A stretch of 64,000 nt of DNA from Syncephalis fuscata S228 (taxonomy: Eukaryota > Fungi > Zoopagomycota), in the NCBI GenBank assembly GCA_025786725.1, contig JAHLTZ010000002.1, forward strand, positions 682,001 to 746,000, given 5' to 3'. This document shows, one piece after another, positions 1 through 12,868 of the stretch. The notes under the pieces were generated by a model. It did not search any database and had not been told where the DNA came from. It saw nothing but the letters and a program-made list of their open reading frames with translations. A program made the translations under genes and the position numbers. The number at the start of each line of letters is the position of its first letter. The stretch's first letter is position 1.

Positions 1-134
1 ATGTATTACAACTTAAATATCGCGCAAATGTGTAGACAATACTGCACTTGAATTTAATCTAATATCCATACCTATTATATAGTAGTAGTTTAACATTTTT
101 ACTGCATTTCCAATATTAGAAAATAGGAAGAACT

Positions 135-2098
135 ATGCTTCGTTTAAATTCTATTTTTTTGGTTGCTGCAATATTTTTGGCATCCGTGTCGGCAGCACCT
201 ACTTCAGATGATTTTAGTAGATTAGAAAAAAATAGTGCTATAGCACCTATCAAGCCAGTGTATTACAACAAAGGAGCCAGTAAATTCTCCTTGAGTGACC
301 TTACTGCATCAGAAACTAATACTGATGATATTGTTACCAAAAGTATATCTAATTGGCTGACGAAAACAACTGATATCAATGACAACTTAAGAAAGAGTGT
401 TAATGAACTCTTTGACAATTTAACAAGTAACGTCGAGAAAGTTACAAGTAATAGCAAAGATGCTTTAACTTTTATCAATGACACTGGACGTGGGATGGCT
501 CATGAACGAACAGCAGTATTAGCTGGCGACTCTAGCCAGCCAACCGAACTAGACAACCAATCAACAGCTACTCATGCAACCAATCATCGAGTCAATAGAG
601 CATCAAATAATCAAATTATTCAACGTATCGAAAAAGCTATTAAATTGCTTTCTACTTCACCTAAACATAAAAATAAACGCGTTAGTAAACAAGTCAACAA
701 AAAGAAAATAGAACGCGCTTTAGCATTATTATCGGGCATTTCTGATAAGCTTCGTAATCACACAACTCCAGAACAAATACTTGCCGCTCTTTCTTCAACG
801 ACCAAACCTGGTCTTTCTGATTCAAAAATGGCTACTGGAGCCCATAGTACTGATGCCGAAACAAGTACCAACGCTCAAGTTAGCGCTGCATCTTTACCAC
901 CAGTGGATCAGCCCAACGGCAAGCCACCAAGTAATGAAGGAAACCCGCCAGTATTTCAAGATAGCCAAGATTTTCCAAAGCAGCGACGTCAGAACTGCCT
1001 ACTAATACTCCACCCACTCCAGAGGCCATGGAATCAACGGCGCAAGCGGCCGATACTATGCGGGTGACATCAAGTCAGTTAAGAATGCCGGTAAATGATA
1101 ATGAAAGTAGTACAGAGACGCCAGATATTGCATTGTCCACTAATCCTATGATTCAGTACCAGCAAACTACACCAGAGACCTCCACAATGCCGGTGACCAG
1201 ACCCTCGACTGACCAGCCATGTCTAGCATTAACACACCCCTGGCATTTAATACGGTGCCCATGACAACTGACACTTTTAATAATAAATGACGCCGCAAAG
1301 TGTAACTACTTTGCCCATGACGACAGCGTCCGTAGCCAATCTAGCCAATGATTTCACAACTACCACTCCATCTTTAATGGATAATACGGTAACAATGATG
1401 GCGCCATCCAATTCGATGCCTGGATTAGCGCCTGATTCTATGATGGTTGCCACGCAGCCTTCTACCGCCAAAGTATCATTTGATACAATGATGTCCGCGC
1501 CTGGCTCAACTATGAATGTAGCGCCGACTCATCCATTTTCATCAGCAACAACGCCTCACTTTCCAGTTACTATGTCACAGCCATTAACGGAGTCGATGCC
1601 TAGTGCACAAATGCCTAGTAGGTTTATATTTTATTATTTAACATTTTTATTAATTCTTTTTGTATAGCCATGCCATTTACTAATCCAAGTCAAAGCAACG
1701 CAAACCAAGCATCATTTGGCCATCATCCATTTGGCTTGTCTCCATTTGGCGTATCTCCACTTGGTGATCCATTTGGTCACCATTTTAGCCATTATCCATT
1801 TGGCCATCATCATTTTGGCAGTCCGTTCGGTAATCCATTTGGCAATCCATTCGGCGTGTCTCCATTCGGCAACTCCTTCTTACATCATCCGGAACCATTC
1901 TTTCCGCACTTTGGCTTCGATCCATTCTTCAAACATGGCCTAGAATTCTCTGGTACCGGTCCTGAGTTGCGATTCTCTGACGACTTTTATCATCACAGAC
2001 ATCATCATCATCATCATGACTATGATCGTGATCATGATCGTGACTTTTATGATGATGACGACGATGAAGATGATTCATGGGATGTATATGATGATTAG
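135..2098 (+). CDS. Secreted low-complexity protein: signal peptide, Ser/Thr/Pro/Met-rich stalk, C-terminal xxPFG repeats, His/Asp-rich tail (frameshifted in this sequence; intron ~1618-1667)
   Basis: MLRLNSIFLVAAIFLASVSA is signal-peptide-like. ORFs 135-1067, 1028-1264, 1287-1667 and 1670-2098 are consecutive with continuous composition. GT...TAG intron just before 1668. Confidence 0.6.
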
Positions 2099-2559
2099 CT
2101 AATTAATGATAATACTTTGACATGGTCACTGTTAAATAATTGATCAAATATAGACTACACATTCAATTCAATGTTCTTTGGCTTTATTTTCCATTATATT
2201 AGAAATAAACTAGATATATAGCTGTAAGCTATAAATTCAAAGCATTTTTATTTTAGAGAAATCCTGAAAAATAGACCGTTTTTAAAATTTAATAATTTAA
2301 TTTATTATTTATTAATTTATTTATTAGTTAAATTGTTTTTTGCTTATATATCTGGAAGTCTTTTAACAAATAGAACACAATTGGTATTATTGTTAATGTT
2401 GCTACAATTAATTAAATTACGTAAATAAGCAAAGTTTTAAATAAAATACGTTGCATTTATTGTAATTAACTTTTTTCCATCAGGCAATTTTAGCTTTGTA
2501 ACTTTTATTATTCATTAATATTATGAATACATAATACTATTACTCAAATAATAATAAAA

Positions 2560-3060
2560 ATACCTTTTTATAATCCAATTTATTTGGTTTATATCAGAAT
2601 CTATACAGTTACGGCATTTGTTATAAGTTTGCCAATTTAACTTATAACAATAAGTTAAAGTTATTTGATACTAATGGCATTTTTTATTAAATCGATATTA
2701 AACCATTCGACTAAGCCACTAATTCTATTTCTTTTCCTTTTTGGTTACCTAGTCAATGTTACATCATTTTATTACTGTTGTAAAAATATCATTTTTATTG
2801 AATTAAAAATAGACCAAGCTTTGTAATAAAATATAATAACATTTATTAAGCTATTACAATTGTTAGTGTATATTAAATAATTAAATATGTACTTAATGCT
2901 TTTACTTGTCCACCTGTTAATTTTACATTTGAAATTATAGCAACGTCGTTTGTAATTGCCAACAAGTCCAAACTTATCAACGGCAATCCTTAGTTCTTCG
3001 ATACTGGTAAACATGGCTTTTTCAAACAGTTTGTTAGACATTGCATGTAATTGAAAGATA
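2560..3060 (-). mobile_element. Decayed Mutator/FAR1-like transposase fragment
   Basis: MSNKLFEKAMFTSIEELRIAVDKFG and downstream KRKRNRISGLVE resemble the FAR1/MULE DNA-binding region. Many stops. A diverged copy lies at ~47760-47875. Confidence 0.35.
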
Positions 3061-3391
3061 CAGTTAGGCTATTGGAGTTGCTTGTGGTATACAATACAAT
3101 AACGAAATATATGAATAAAAGTCATCGAAAGTAAACTAAAGTATTTATTAACAATGTGATAATTTAAATTTTAAATAAATTTAAAAATGGTGTATTTTTC
3201 AAAATTTCCTTTTATTTTATCATTGTGCCGTGTCATTAACAATATACAATAAACTACTTTTTATCACATTATTGCTTTTTGATCATGGTTTATTATACAA
3301 TGTAATAGCAGCAATGTTCAATGAAATATATTAATCAAATACTTTGATAAAATGTACATGTTGAGATATCTTTATTGCATTAATTAATACT

Positions 3392-4937
3392 TTATAAGTT
3401 TAACGCTTTTGCTACCGCTTCAATCTCATGAACAGTCTCAACAGGCCTACAACAGTATAGTTATATAGATATTAGCTATTTTATTAATATTTAACATTAA
3501 ACTTACTTTGAATGATCAAGTGGGTGCTCTTTTCTCATTAAATTGTACAATACGCGACCAGGCCCGATGGCCAACCAATTGTGCACTACACGAGATTGTC
3601 GACAGAACTCAATAGATGGTGCCCACTGAACACGCGCCGTTACTTGGGCCAACAATGAGTCGGCGATTGTACTAGGATCAATATGCTATCAATATCAATA
3701 TACAATCATATAAGCATACTAGTCTAATTATATCAAAATAAAATACACTTACTGGGCGGGCGGTCACGTTGGATATGACAGTAACGCTCGGTTTTTAAAT
3801 TCCACCTTTCCCAAGGCCGGTCGTAGCACATCTTTCGTTGGTGCCATTAAACTGCAATGGAACGGTGCTCTATCACCAACAGTAGGTTATTATTTTTCTT
3901 TTACCACTGCTATTCAAACAAACTTACGATACTGGTAAATCTACTGCACGGGTGGCCAGTTGCCATTCTTGCAATAAATGCGAGGCACGATAAACACCAG
4001 ATGTTGTTCCACTAATAACCGCTTGAAATGACTATATATTTATCATTCATTAGTTACTATTAGTATCTCTATTTAGAAGTAACAATAGTAGTAGTAGTAG
4101 TAAATTACCGCATTGATATTGGCAGTTCAGCCAACTCTCCTTTTTTTAATTCATCAGGAATCCTTGAGGCCATAGCCACCTCCAATTCTTCTAGTTTATT
4201 CCGTTTTACCACCAAAGCCGACATGGCAGTAGGACCTGATATATGATTATTTACAGTGTCACTCATAGCAAGTCCACGTGCTCGCACCAACCGAACGGCA
4301 TCGGTTAGAGAAAGAGCACCAGCGGCCACTAATGCAGTATATTCACCAAGTGAATGGCCCAAAGCAACAGAAGCATATTTTTGAACCGAGAATCCGAATT
4401 CTTTCTGTATGGATGTTTACTCATCATCATTTTAGTGTCAATAATACACAACTTACCTCTAAAACGCGTAAAATAGCGATTGAAGTTACTAAAATGGCTG
4501 GCTGAGCATTTTCCGTCAGAGTTAGTGTTGTTTGTGGCCCATCAAAAATTAAATCTCTTAAATGCATCTGAAGTGCCTCGTCTGCTTCTTGAAACGTAGC
4601 AAACGCCGATGGAAATATCTCATAAATATCCTTGCCCATACCAACATGTTGAGCTCCTTGTCCTGCCATTAAACTATAAGTATCGTTTAAGATAGCTTGA
4701 CGGCATTACTTACCAGGAAACAGTAGGCCAATATCACCTTGACCGAATGCCAGTGTGGTCTGGTCTCGCTAAGTTGCAGTTAGCTGTACAACGCGGCTTT
4801 CATCGACGAATGGTTACCTTTGTGCGGCGCAATAGCAAACTAGCCGTTGGTGAGGCCATTCGACGGCATTTCTGGTAAAGATATTTGCTAAGCGGTCGAC
4901 CCCGGCCCCAGCCAGCAGTGTGATGAAGTAGAGCCAT
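3392..4937 (-). CDS. MCT1: Malonyl-CoA:ACP transacylase (mitochondrial), multi-exon
   Basis: LFPGQGAQHVGMG, TENAQPAILVTS, GHSLGEY catalytic motif, SAPFHCSLM, QVTARVQWAPSIE. Confidence 0.93.
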
Positions 4938-5047
4938 GAGCGTAAAATAAAGAACAAACGGTGACGGAGATGAGCCACTGTGGTAAATATTACCTTTTCT
5001 CTCTCTCTACGAGTGTTTAATAGCTGATTTTAATGCTACTTTGGTCA

Positions 5048-7084
5048 TGAGCCAGATTTACATCCAAGAACCGCCCACTAGGTAGGTGGTGATCGCGTCT
5101 TTCGCGTATCCAATATTTGTTTTATCGTTGTTGCTGTTGTAACGCGTAATCAGTGGACGTGTAGTTCTACACACGACTATAGGTGATATTGATATTGAAC
5201 TTTGGTGCCGAGAAGTACCCAAAGCGTGTCGTAACTTTATCCAGCTATGTCTCGAAGGTTACTATGAGGATGTTATCTTTCATCGTGTTGTAAAGAACTT
5301 TATCGTTCAGGGCGGCGATCCTACAGGAACAGGCATGGGTAGGTCTAAGCAGTATACACAACTATTTATCTACCATATAGCATGGCTGATAATGTTTAAT
5401 TGATGTGTAGGAGGAGAGTCAATCTATGGCGAACCATTTGCCGATGAATATCATACACGACTACGTTTTACACGCCGTGGTCTAGTTGGTATGGCTACCG
5501 CTACTGTAAATGATAATACATCGCAGTTTTTTATTACACTTGCCCCTACACCAGAGCTACAAAACAAACACACACTATTTGGGCGAGTGGCAGGCGATAC
5601 AGTATTCAACGCGTTGCAAATGAACGAGTTAAAATTGAACGAAGAGCGACCGGTACAGCCACCTAAAATTATTAGTGCTGAAGTATTAGAGAAGTTTTTT
5701 AATGATATTGTGCCGCGTACCACAGCAGCAGAGAAGCGTAATGCTCGTATCGCCGAAGAGAAGCGACGTGCTGCTTTGGAGGCTGATAAAAAACGACCCA
5801 AAAAAGGTGTAAAGTAAGTTCGACGTAATAGTATGATATAACCGCTAATAGAACTATTGAAGAAATAAAACTTTACTTTCATTTGCTGATGATGAAGATG
5901 ATATATCGGAAGTAACTAAATCTAGCCGGGATCGAGTAAAGATTCGCAGTAGCCATGATGTGCTGGAGAATGATCCACGATTAAGTCGAAAAGTAGCCGT
6001 TGAGTTATCAGAGGCTAATACAACGGTAATTAATTCATATTTATTAAATCATTTCTAATCACAATTATATATAGATACCTGCAATGAAAGCAACGATCAA
6101 ATCTACAGAGGGATAAAGCCTGCAAGTATATTCGTTAGTGATACAACCAAACCAGAAGAGCAATTTGATAAAGAAATGCGAGAGAAAATATTAGCCGAAA
6201 AGGCTGCCCAAGCAGCAAAAAATGCCCCAAAGTAAGTCATTATAATTTAGTAGCAACAGCAATATATTATAAATGCCATTATAACCAATGCACTATAGAA
6301 AGGTTACAGTACATGATGAAATTGCTCGTGTTAAAGAGAATATACGAGCCATGGAAGCCAAACGTAAAAGTGATAATGATACGACCTTAGAACTTGCTCA
6401 ATCCAAGTCTATAAAAGAATCATGGCTTCAACAATCATTGGCAGAATACAAAGGATCGGGTAAATCATTGTTTGGTGGACGTAAACGACGTAAAGCTGCT
6501 GATGAATCAAAAGTAAGTAAAAGCAACATAAATATTAGAGTTTGATAATAATAATAATGATTTATATTACAATGATAGACATTGGCCATGTTGGATGCAT
6601 TTACTTCAAAATTAACCACGCTACCAATGCAGACTGTAGAAAAAGATAAATCATTGACATCATCATTGAAAGAGGCATCGACAACAACAATAGCAACAAC
6701 AACGACAAAAACAACCACAAAGATGCATGTCAACTCCATCAAGTTATTAATTGTGAATCATGTACACGTCATAGCATGCAAATGGAAACAGACAATAGTT
6801 CAGATGCCGTTGAAATATTGAAAGAATTTGCCGGTGAAACATGGAATGAACAAGGATGGCTTAGTCATGAATTAGTATTTGAAAAAGATACAAAGGGTAA
6901 AGATTTGATGAAGAAACGTGATAATATCGATGATTATGTCGTTATTGATCCGCGTGTACGTGAGGCTCAATCCAAACGACTCGATAAAGATGATCGGCCA
7001 CGTTCTCGTTATAGTCGTAACAATGATGATCGACGTCGAGGAAAAGACGCGTCAGATTATGGTCGGTCTCGTGACCGTCGATAA
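5048..7084 (+). CDS. CWC27: Spliceosomal cyclophilin-type PPIase CWC27, multi-exon
   Basis: MSQIYIQEPPT-SGRVVLHTTIGDIDIELW, FHRVVKNFIVQGGDPTGTG, RLRFTRRGLVGMA, SSHDVL, WLSHELVFEKD, DDYVVIDPR. Confidence 0.93.
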
Positions 7085-7138
7085 TACTGATGCATCCTAG
7101 ATAGAGAAAGAGATAGAAAGAGAAAAGAAAAAAGTCAA

Positions 7139-8182
7139 TTATTTCTTTGAAGTACCAAATCCTGCAAATCTAATAAATATTAATTAATCAATTAATCATT
7201 AATGATTAATACTTGTACTTTATTACTTACCCCATCATAGATGCCATATCTGTATCGACACCGCCCATTTCTTCTATTGTCTGTTGTTCTTGTGTCTGTC
7301 TTTCTTCCTCTAATTTTTGTTTCTTTTCTTGTTGTTTTAGCTTTTTTTGTTGTCGTTCATCTTCTTTCTTTTGTCTTTGTAGAGCAATTTGTTCATCCAA
7401 ATCTATTTGATAGTTATTATTATTGTTGTTATTGTGGTAGTAAATTGATTAAATAAACTTAATTAAATGACTAGTATTTTATAACTTACTGTAATCCTTC
7501 TTAGGCTGAGCTTTCTTTCGCTTTAGTGCTGCTAAACGTGCACGTACTTGTTCCAATGTACTACGCTCTACCCCCATAATCTGACCAATACTAATTTGAT
7601 CTAGTTAGATATTGCTATTAGTTCATTATATACACTAAAATGAATATATTATTGCTACTTACGCTTTTTGCCATTGATATGATCCAAATAGCTAATACTA
7701 TCTTTAAGTGTGCAATCACATGCCTCGCAATAGAAACCGGGTTGGCGTTGACCACCACCTGATTTAGCTGATGGTGTGCCATCTTCATTATCATCGACTG
7801 AAGCTGAGACGGCAATTTGTGTTTTGCCAACGCGTGCATCCAAGTTCAGTTGCCTTCGCGTTGTTTAAGCAATTCTTTAGGTGCATCATCATTATCGTCC
7901 TTTTGTTTCTTTGGTTGTAAGCCTTTAGATTCGTACTGGGTAAGTATATTGCTATAACCGCACTGCAAACAACCTACCAAGTCGACGGCGTTCATCGTCT
8001 TTTGATAGTTGGCGATCACGTAATTCACGCTCGGCTGCACGCTCTCTATACTCGTCCAAGTCCCATTTCTTTCGGGTACTTGTATCCTGTAATTGTTAGA
8101 TTATTGTTTAGTCATTTCGTTGATCTCTGTAAATAACGCAATTGCTACTTACCGAGGTGGTTTGTCCGTAAAAATTTGACAT
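7139..8182 (-). CDS. SNU23: U4/U6.U5 tri-snRNP matrin-type zinc-finger protein (ZMAT2/Snu23), multi-exon
   Basis: RKKWDLDEY, GFYCEACDCTLKDSISYLDHINGKK, VERSTLEQVRARL, C-terminal MMG-FAGFGTSKK. Confidence 0.92.
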
Positions 8183-8375
8183 GATGAAAGTAATGAATTC
8201 GTGATGAAAATCCACACAATATACAAATATCAATCAACTATGTGCACTGTAATATGATTACTACACAGACTTGGCTCAATGTAGATTGTGCACTTGAGTT
8301 GATACACTTTAATTCTATTGTTTTATTATGCCGAAAATGTAACATTTATTGCGTACTTATTATTAATTGGGGGGC

Positions 8376-9399
8376 TATTTTACTTTGAGTCCCTAGCTTC
8401 AAGCTGGGGACAAAAAGATCAATAACGAACAATAAACCGTTGATCAGTTTTTAATACTAAAAGTGCTATTTGTTGAAGCAGTGCCACATTAACTCCGATT
8501 GAATCAATCAGAGTCTTAATTAATCTGCACTATTTTCAATATCAAAATAGATATTAAATAGTATTTCATTTTACTTATAATAAAATATAATAGATAAATA
8601 AATGTCAATCCATATTATTGTTGCAGTAAAGTATTTAAAGTATTATAGTTTGATTATTTAATGTCACTTACCATCCAGCTCCATGTTTAGCAGAATAACA
8701 AATGTGTAGTCAATCAAGTAAAAATGTCAATTTTGATTTTTTGACACTGAATCACATGAGTCTACTAATAAATTAATGCATGGAAGTTATTATACGTTGA
8801 CTTCCATATATTTTATTTATTATTTCATTTCCTTTTTCTTAATACTTTTAGACGCAATTAAACATTCATCCATTACTATAACATGTATAACATTACATCC
8901 AACACTAATTAATTCACGTGTAATTATCGATACAACAATGTAACTAATTAGTTATCTTGATTACTGCTTTAATATATTATGTCATTATGCTATAATTGTT
9001 CAAATACCATTTATTTAGTCAGATTGGCTATAGTGAGAAGTGGCTGTTTAATAAACGACTTTTATAATAATTATATTAATCTTGATCTTACATCACAAAT
9101 ATGCACAAAATACAATAGTGAAATATTAGAAAATAAAATAGACCATTTAGATGCAAAAAATTACACTGTATGTAGTAACAACAATAACAACTGCGGAACG
9201 ATATGGAATCGCGATCAATGGCTTCTGCTAATATTCGATCAATCTTTCTACACATGGCCAACAACAACAATGATCGGCCTCGTGAATTTCAAAGTAATTA
9301 AATGAAAAATTATAACTATGTTTGCTGTACATAGCAGTACGACTTCAATTGAAACAAATTTCGCTTTGAGGACTCCAAATGTGGGATTAAAGTAAAATA
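8376..9399 (+). mobile_element. Non-autonomous TIR element (TA-flanked) carrying a Fanzor/TnpB relic
   Basis: Left end tattttactttgagtccc (8376-8393) and right end gggattaaagtaaaata (9383-9399) are imperfect inverted repeats. The Fanzor C-terminus lies just inside the right end. Confidence 0.7.
9010..9301 (+). pseudogene. Fanzor1/TnpB-like nuclease C-terminal fragment (RuvC-II region, zinc finger, RuvC-III)
   Basis: LTSQICTK...TVC...NCGTIWNRD, then after a 1-nt deletion at 9216-9217, MASANIRSIFLHMANNNNDRPREFQSN*. This matches the TS-x-x-C ... W-N-R-D-x-x-A-x-x-N-I ... RP-x-x-F signature of fungal Fanzors. Confidence 0.8.
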
Positions 9400-10364
9400 A
9401 AACTAATTGTAATAACGTATAATTAGTGATAATTGTCGCTTATCGGTTACTTGTTTATGTCCTCCCTTCTTATCAAAGCCCCTTTCTACAAATTAAATAA
9501 GCCATCCCCTGGCCCACTCCCCTGGATAATTAATAACGTCACCTTGACTCCTTACATAGTACATGGATAGGTTACGCCATATTTTTTGTTATTTGGCAAG
9601 AATAGACTATGTTTTTTGTATTAACACTGCTTGTTGTCTAATTTGACCTAAATTAATACACAGCCGCTTTAAAAAGTTTATTACAACTATTCGACGATTA
9701 GGTAATTTATGCGATTACATTGTTGCTATCGTCGTTCAATTAATCGACAGCAATTATTGGTTGTAGTGATTGCATTGGTGATACTTATTTGCTATCATTT
9801 GCGCAATTAAACAATAAAATAGGTACACAATCGTTTTTCACTTAACCTAAGACTTTGGAACAGGACGCAGTGCTATTGTGTTTGCCATCAACTATAGATC
9901 TATGCTATAATTATCAACTAGGTAAGCCAGTTCCTTATCTCCTTACCAACCAGAAAAGATACTGTTATTGTCGACTGCTTTCTTTGCCTTGACATTGTGG
10001 CGCCTTCGATACCACTGAGACTGTTTACACTTGGCAGCTTTAAACGGCTATCTCTGTGTTTGTAATAAGACAAAGTTGTACAAATAGCCATAGATTATTT
10101 TTATTGCACCTTTGATTTGACACCAATCACCGTCTTTCATTTGAACCTGTACAATCAATACTTCAAGCAGCTGGTTTGCTTGTATCTTTAGTTTGATTGC
10201 CGTTGTTAAAAAAACATCAATTTTGTTGAGAAATTGCTGTCCATTATTAAATTATATTCCTATTTCATGAGTGTACACGCTAACGACTATTTAGCGCAGT
10301 ACTTGGTTACGTTATTATTGCTCAAAAACCATCATCTAAATCTGACAAGGGAAGCTACAGCGAT

Positions 10365-11781
10365 ATGCACTACAATTCTATGCATGCTACAGCGGTAGCG
10401 GTGTTTGCACTGTGTTTGAGCCTACAGCCGGCCAATGCTGCATCAGGCAGTAGTAATATTAGTCAGGTTAAAGTCACGTCTACAGGTAACAATGTCGTGA
10501 AGCATTACTCAAGCGTCAGTAGTACAAAAGCAAAGTGCTGTTGCACATGTGACACCTTTAGCAACTCCCATCAGTGTACCTATGCCGGCAGTCAGTGTAC
10601 AGTCTACAGTTGCCCAAGTGCGCTCAGATTGGACTAAATTGGTAGATCCCAGTAAATTACCAGCTGGTGTGGGGCCAAAGGCTGTAGGTAGCGGTGTGTG
10701 TGCCAGTGCGGTATGCGGTCCAGGTGATTGCAAGAAATGTTGGGAGTCGTGTGGCACCTGTCCTGAAGAACGTGATGTTTACGGCTGCAGCAAGTCCAAT
10801 CAATGGGCGTTAACATTTGATGATGGACCAAGGTAAGTTAGATAAGCACACGTAAGATAATAGGACAGTTGACCATTATTTTTAGTCCAAATACTTCTGT
10901 ATTATTAGATATACTGGACAAACTTAAAATAAAAGTCACCTTTTTCTTTTTAGGCAGCAATGTAGTTCAATATTCAAGTGTCGTTAAACGCGCATATGAT
11001 GCTGGACATTTAATTGCCTCACATACCTGGTCGCATCCACATTTAATGGTAAGTAAAAAAACAAGTCAGTTTTTTTATTATTGTTATTATTATTCATATA
11101 ACCAACCTATTTTTTAGTCACTTCCTGATGATCAAATCATATCAGAAGTTAAAATGTCGGAAGAAGCCATTTTTAATGTTACCGGCACTCGACCTGCCTA
11201 TATTCGCCCACCGTAAGTTTTACATCTGCTGTTATGATAAAATTTAACGCTTTAATATAAGATATGGTGAGGCTGATGAAAGAGTAAAAGCCATATTCAA
11301 GCAGCTGGGATATCGTGCTATTTTGTGGAATATGGACTGCAAGGATTATGCTGTCGTGGAGACCAAACAAGATACCAGCAAGATCCTACAGGCATTCCAA
11401 GATGCATTTGTCAAACCAACTGGACTAAATTCAAAGAATGATCCCGGATTTATTTCGTTGCAACACGATCTTTACTTAGAAAGTGTCAACCTAGAAGATA
11501 AGATTGCTAGTTTGATACGCGATAAAGGTTTTGCGTTAACCACGGTAGCCGAGTGTGTTGGCGATGCCAGCCCATATCAAAGTTTAGTGCAAGACACTAA
11601 AGGAAAAGTGGCCAAGAAGCAGCCTGGAAATGCGGGTGATAGCGTGGTATCTATTACGGCGTCATCGGGCGTACCTGGGGATTGGCCTCTTGCATCGAGC
11701 GGAAAGCATTCAAATTATTTCTTAGTGGCTACTTCCGTGACTGGACTGATGGCCGTGATATTTTCAGTTTACATGTTTTAA
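10365..11781 (+). CDS. CE4 polysaccharide (chitin) deacetylase; signal peptide, Cys-rich N-domain, GPI-like C-terminus; one frameshift near 10530
   Basis: WALTFDDGP, HTWSHPHL, RPP-YG, LWNMD, SLQHD motifs; hydrophobic C-terminal tail. Confidence 0.9.
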
Positions 11782-12868
11782 TGTTTACACGGTTTGTTTA
11801 ATGCTGCCAAATAATTAAATATATATTACTGCGATATAATATATCGCAATTCTTGTTATTACACGCAACTATAATGATCTGAATACACCATCTATTATTA
11901 CATAGTAGCTGTAGCCTATAAAAAATTAGAATTCATTATTCTATAAACGTATTTTAGATATAAAAACTGATTAATACTATGTTGTCACTATTGTTAATAA
12001 ATTGATCAATTTTTTATTTAAGCTAAATCTAACAATTTGCCAGCTGAATTTAAAACAGATGTGTTGCTTGCTAGTGAATAAATTGATACACTTGATTAAA
12101 GACCATTGTGTATTTTCCATTCTACTTTTTTATAAATAATCATTTTTATACACTTTTATTTAAGTAATATTGAATTTAATGCATATGCATTTGGTAATAA
12201 TGTAGAGATTGATGAGTTAGTAAAATATGGTATACAAGCAATCAATATTGTTGTTTTAAAAGCTTACGACGTGGCCAAATAGTAACGCAATAATCCAGCC
12301 ACACAGTCGATACTTTTTGAAAAAGACACATGTACTATTTGATCATGTAGTACAAGTCTATGATTGAATAACTAACATAAGCACATATAGACTATAGTAC
12401 GGTTAAAATGAATAGCGTAATGACGAAATTCTGGATAAAAGTTTCTTTTCAAATGAACTTCAAATACGCAGTATGATTTTCTTAATATATTACTACATTC
12501 AATTGCCGCTTTCCCATGGCTTTAAATGGCGACAGTACTGCCAAATTGGTAAATCTTCTGATCCTTTGACAAGGCTCCAGATTTCTGATAATAACTCTGT
12601 AGATTTTCCAATGCCCTCGCATTTGTAATCGCCTTTTTTATTCTCTAACTATCGTATTTGTATAGCGCTTGGTATTTTCAGATAGCTTGCGCGGCTGACT
12701 GGCTCATCTCGTTATCACTAACCTTCTAACCACTAGTTATACTGTGTGTTTCTAGTTGGTGATAAAACTATCTAGTATATCAACACTACTTTCGTGCATT
12801 ACAACATTCGCAACTATTTATTCTATTTATAACCGACTATTTAATATTTCTTACAATTCACTACATCC

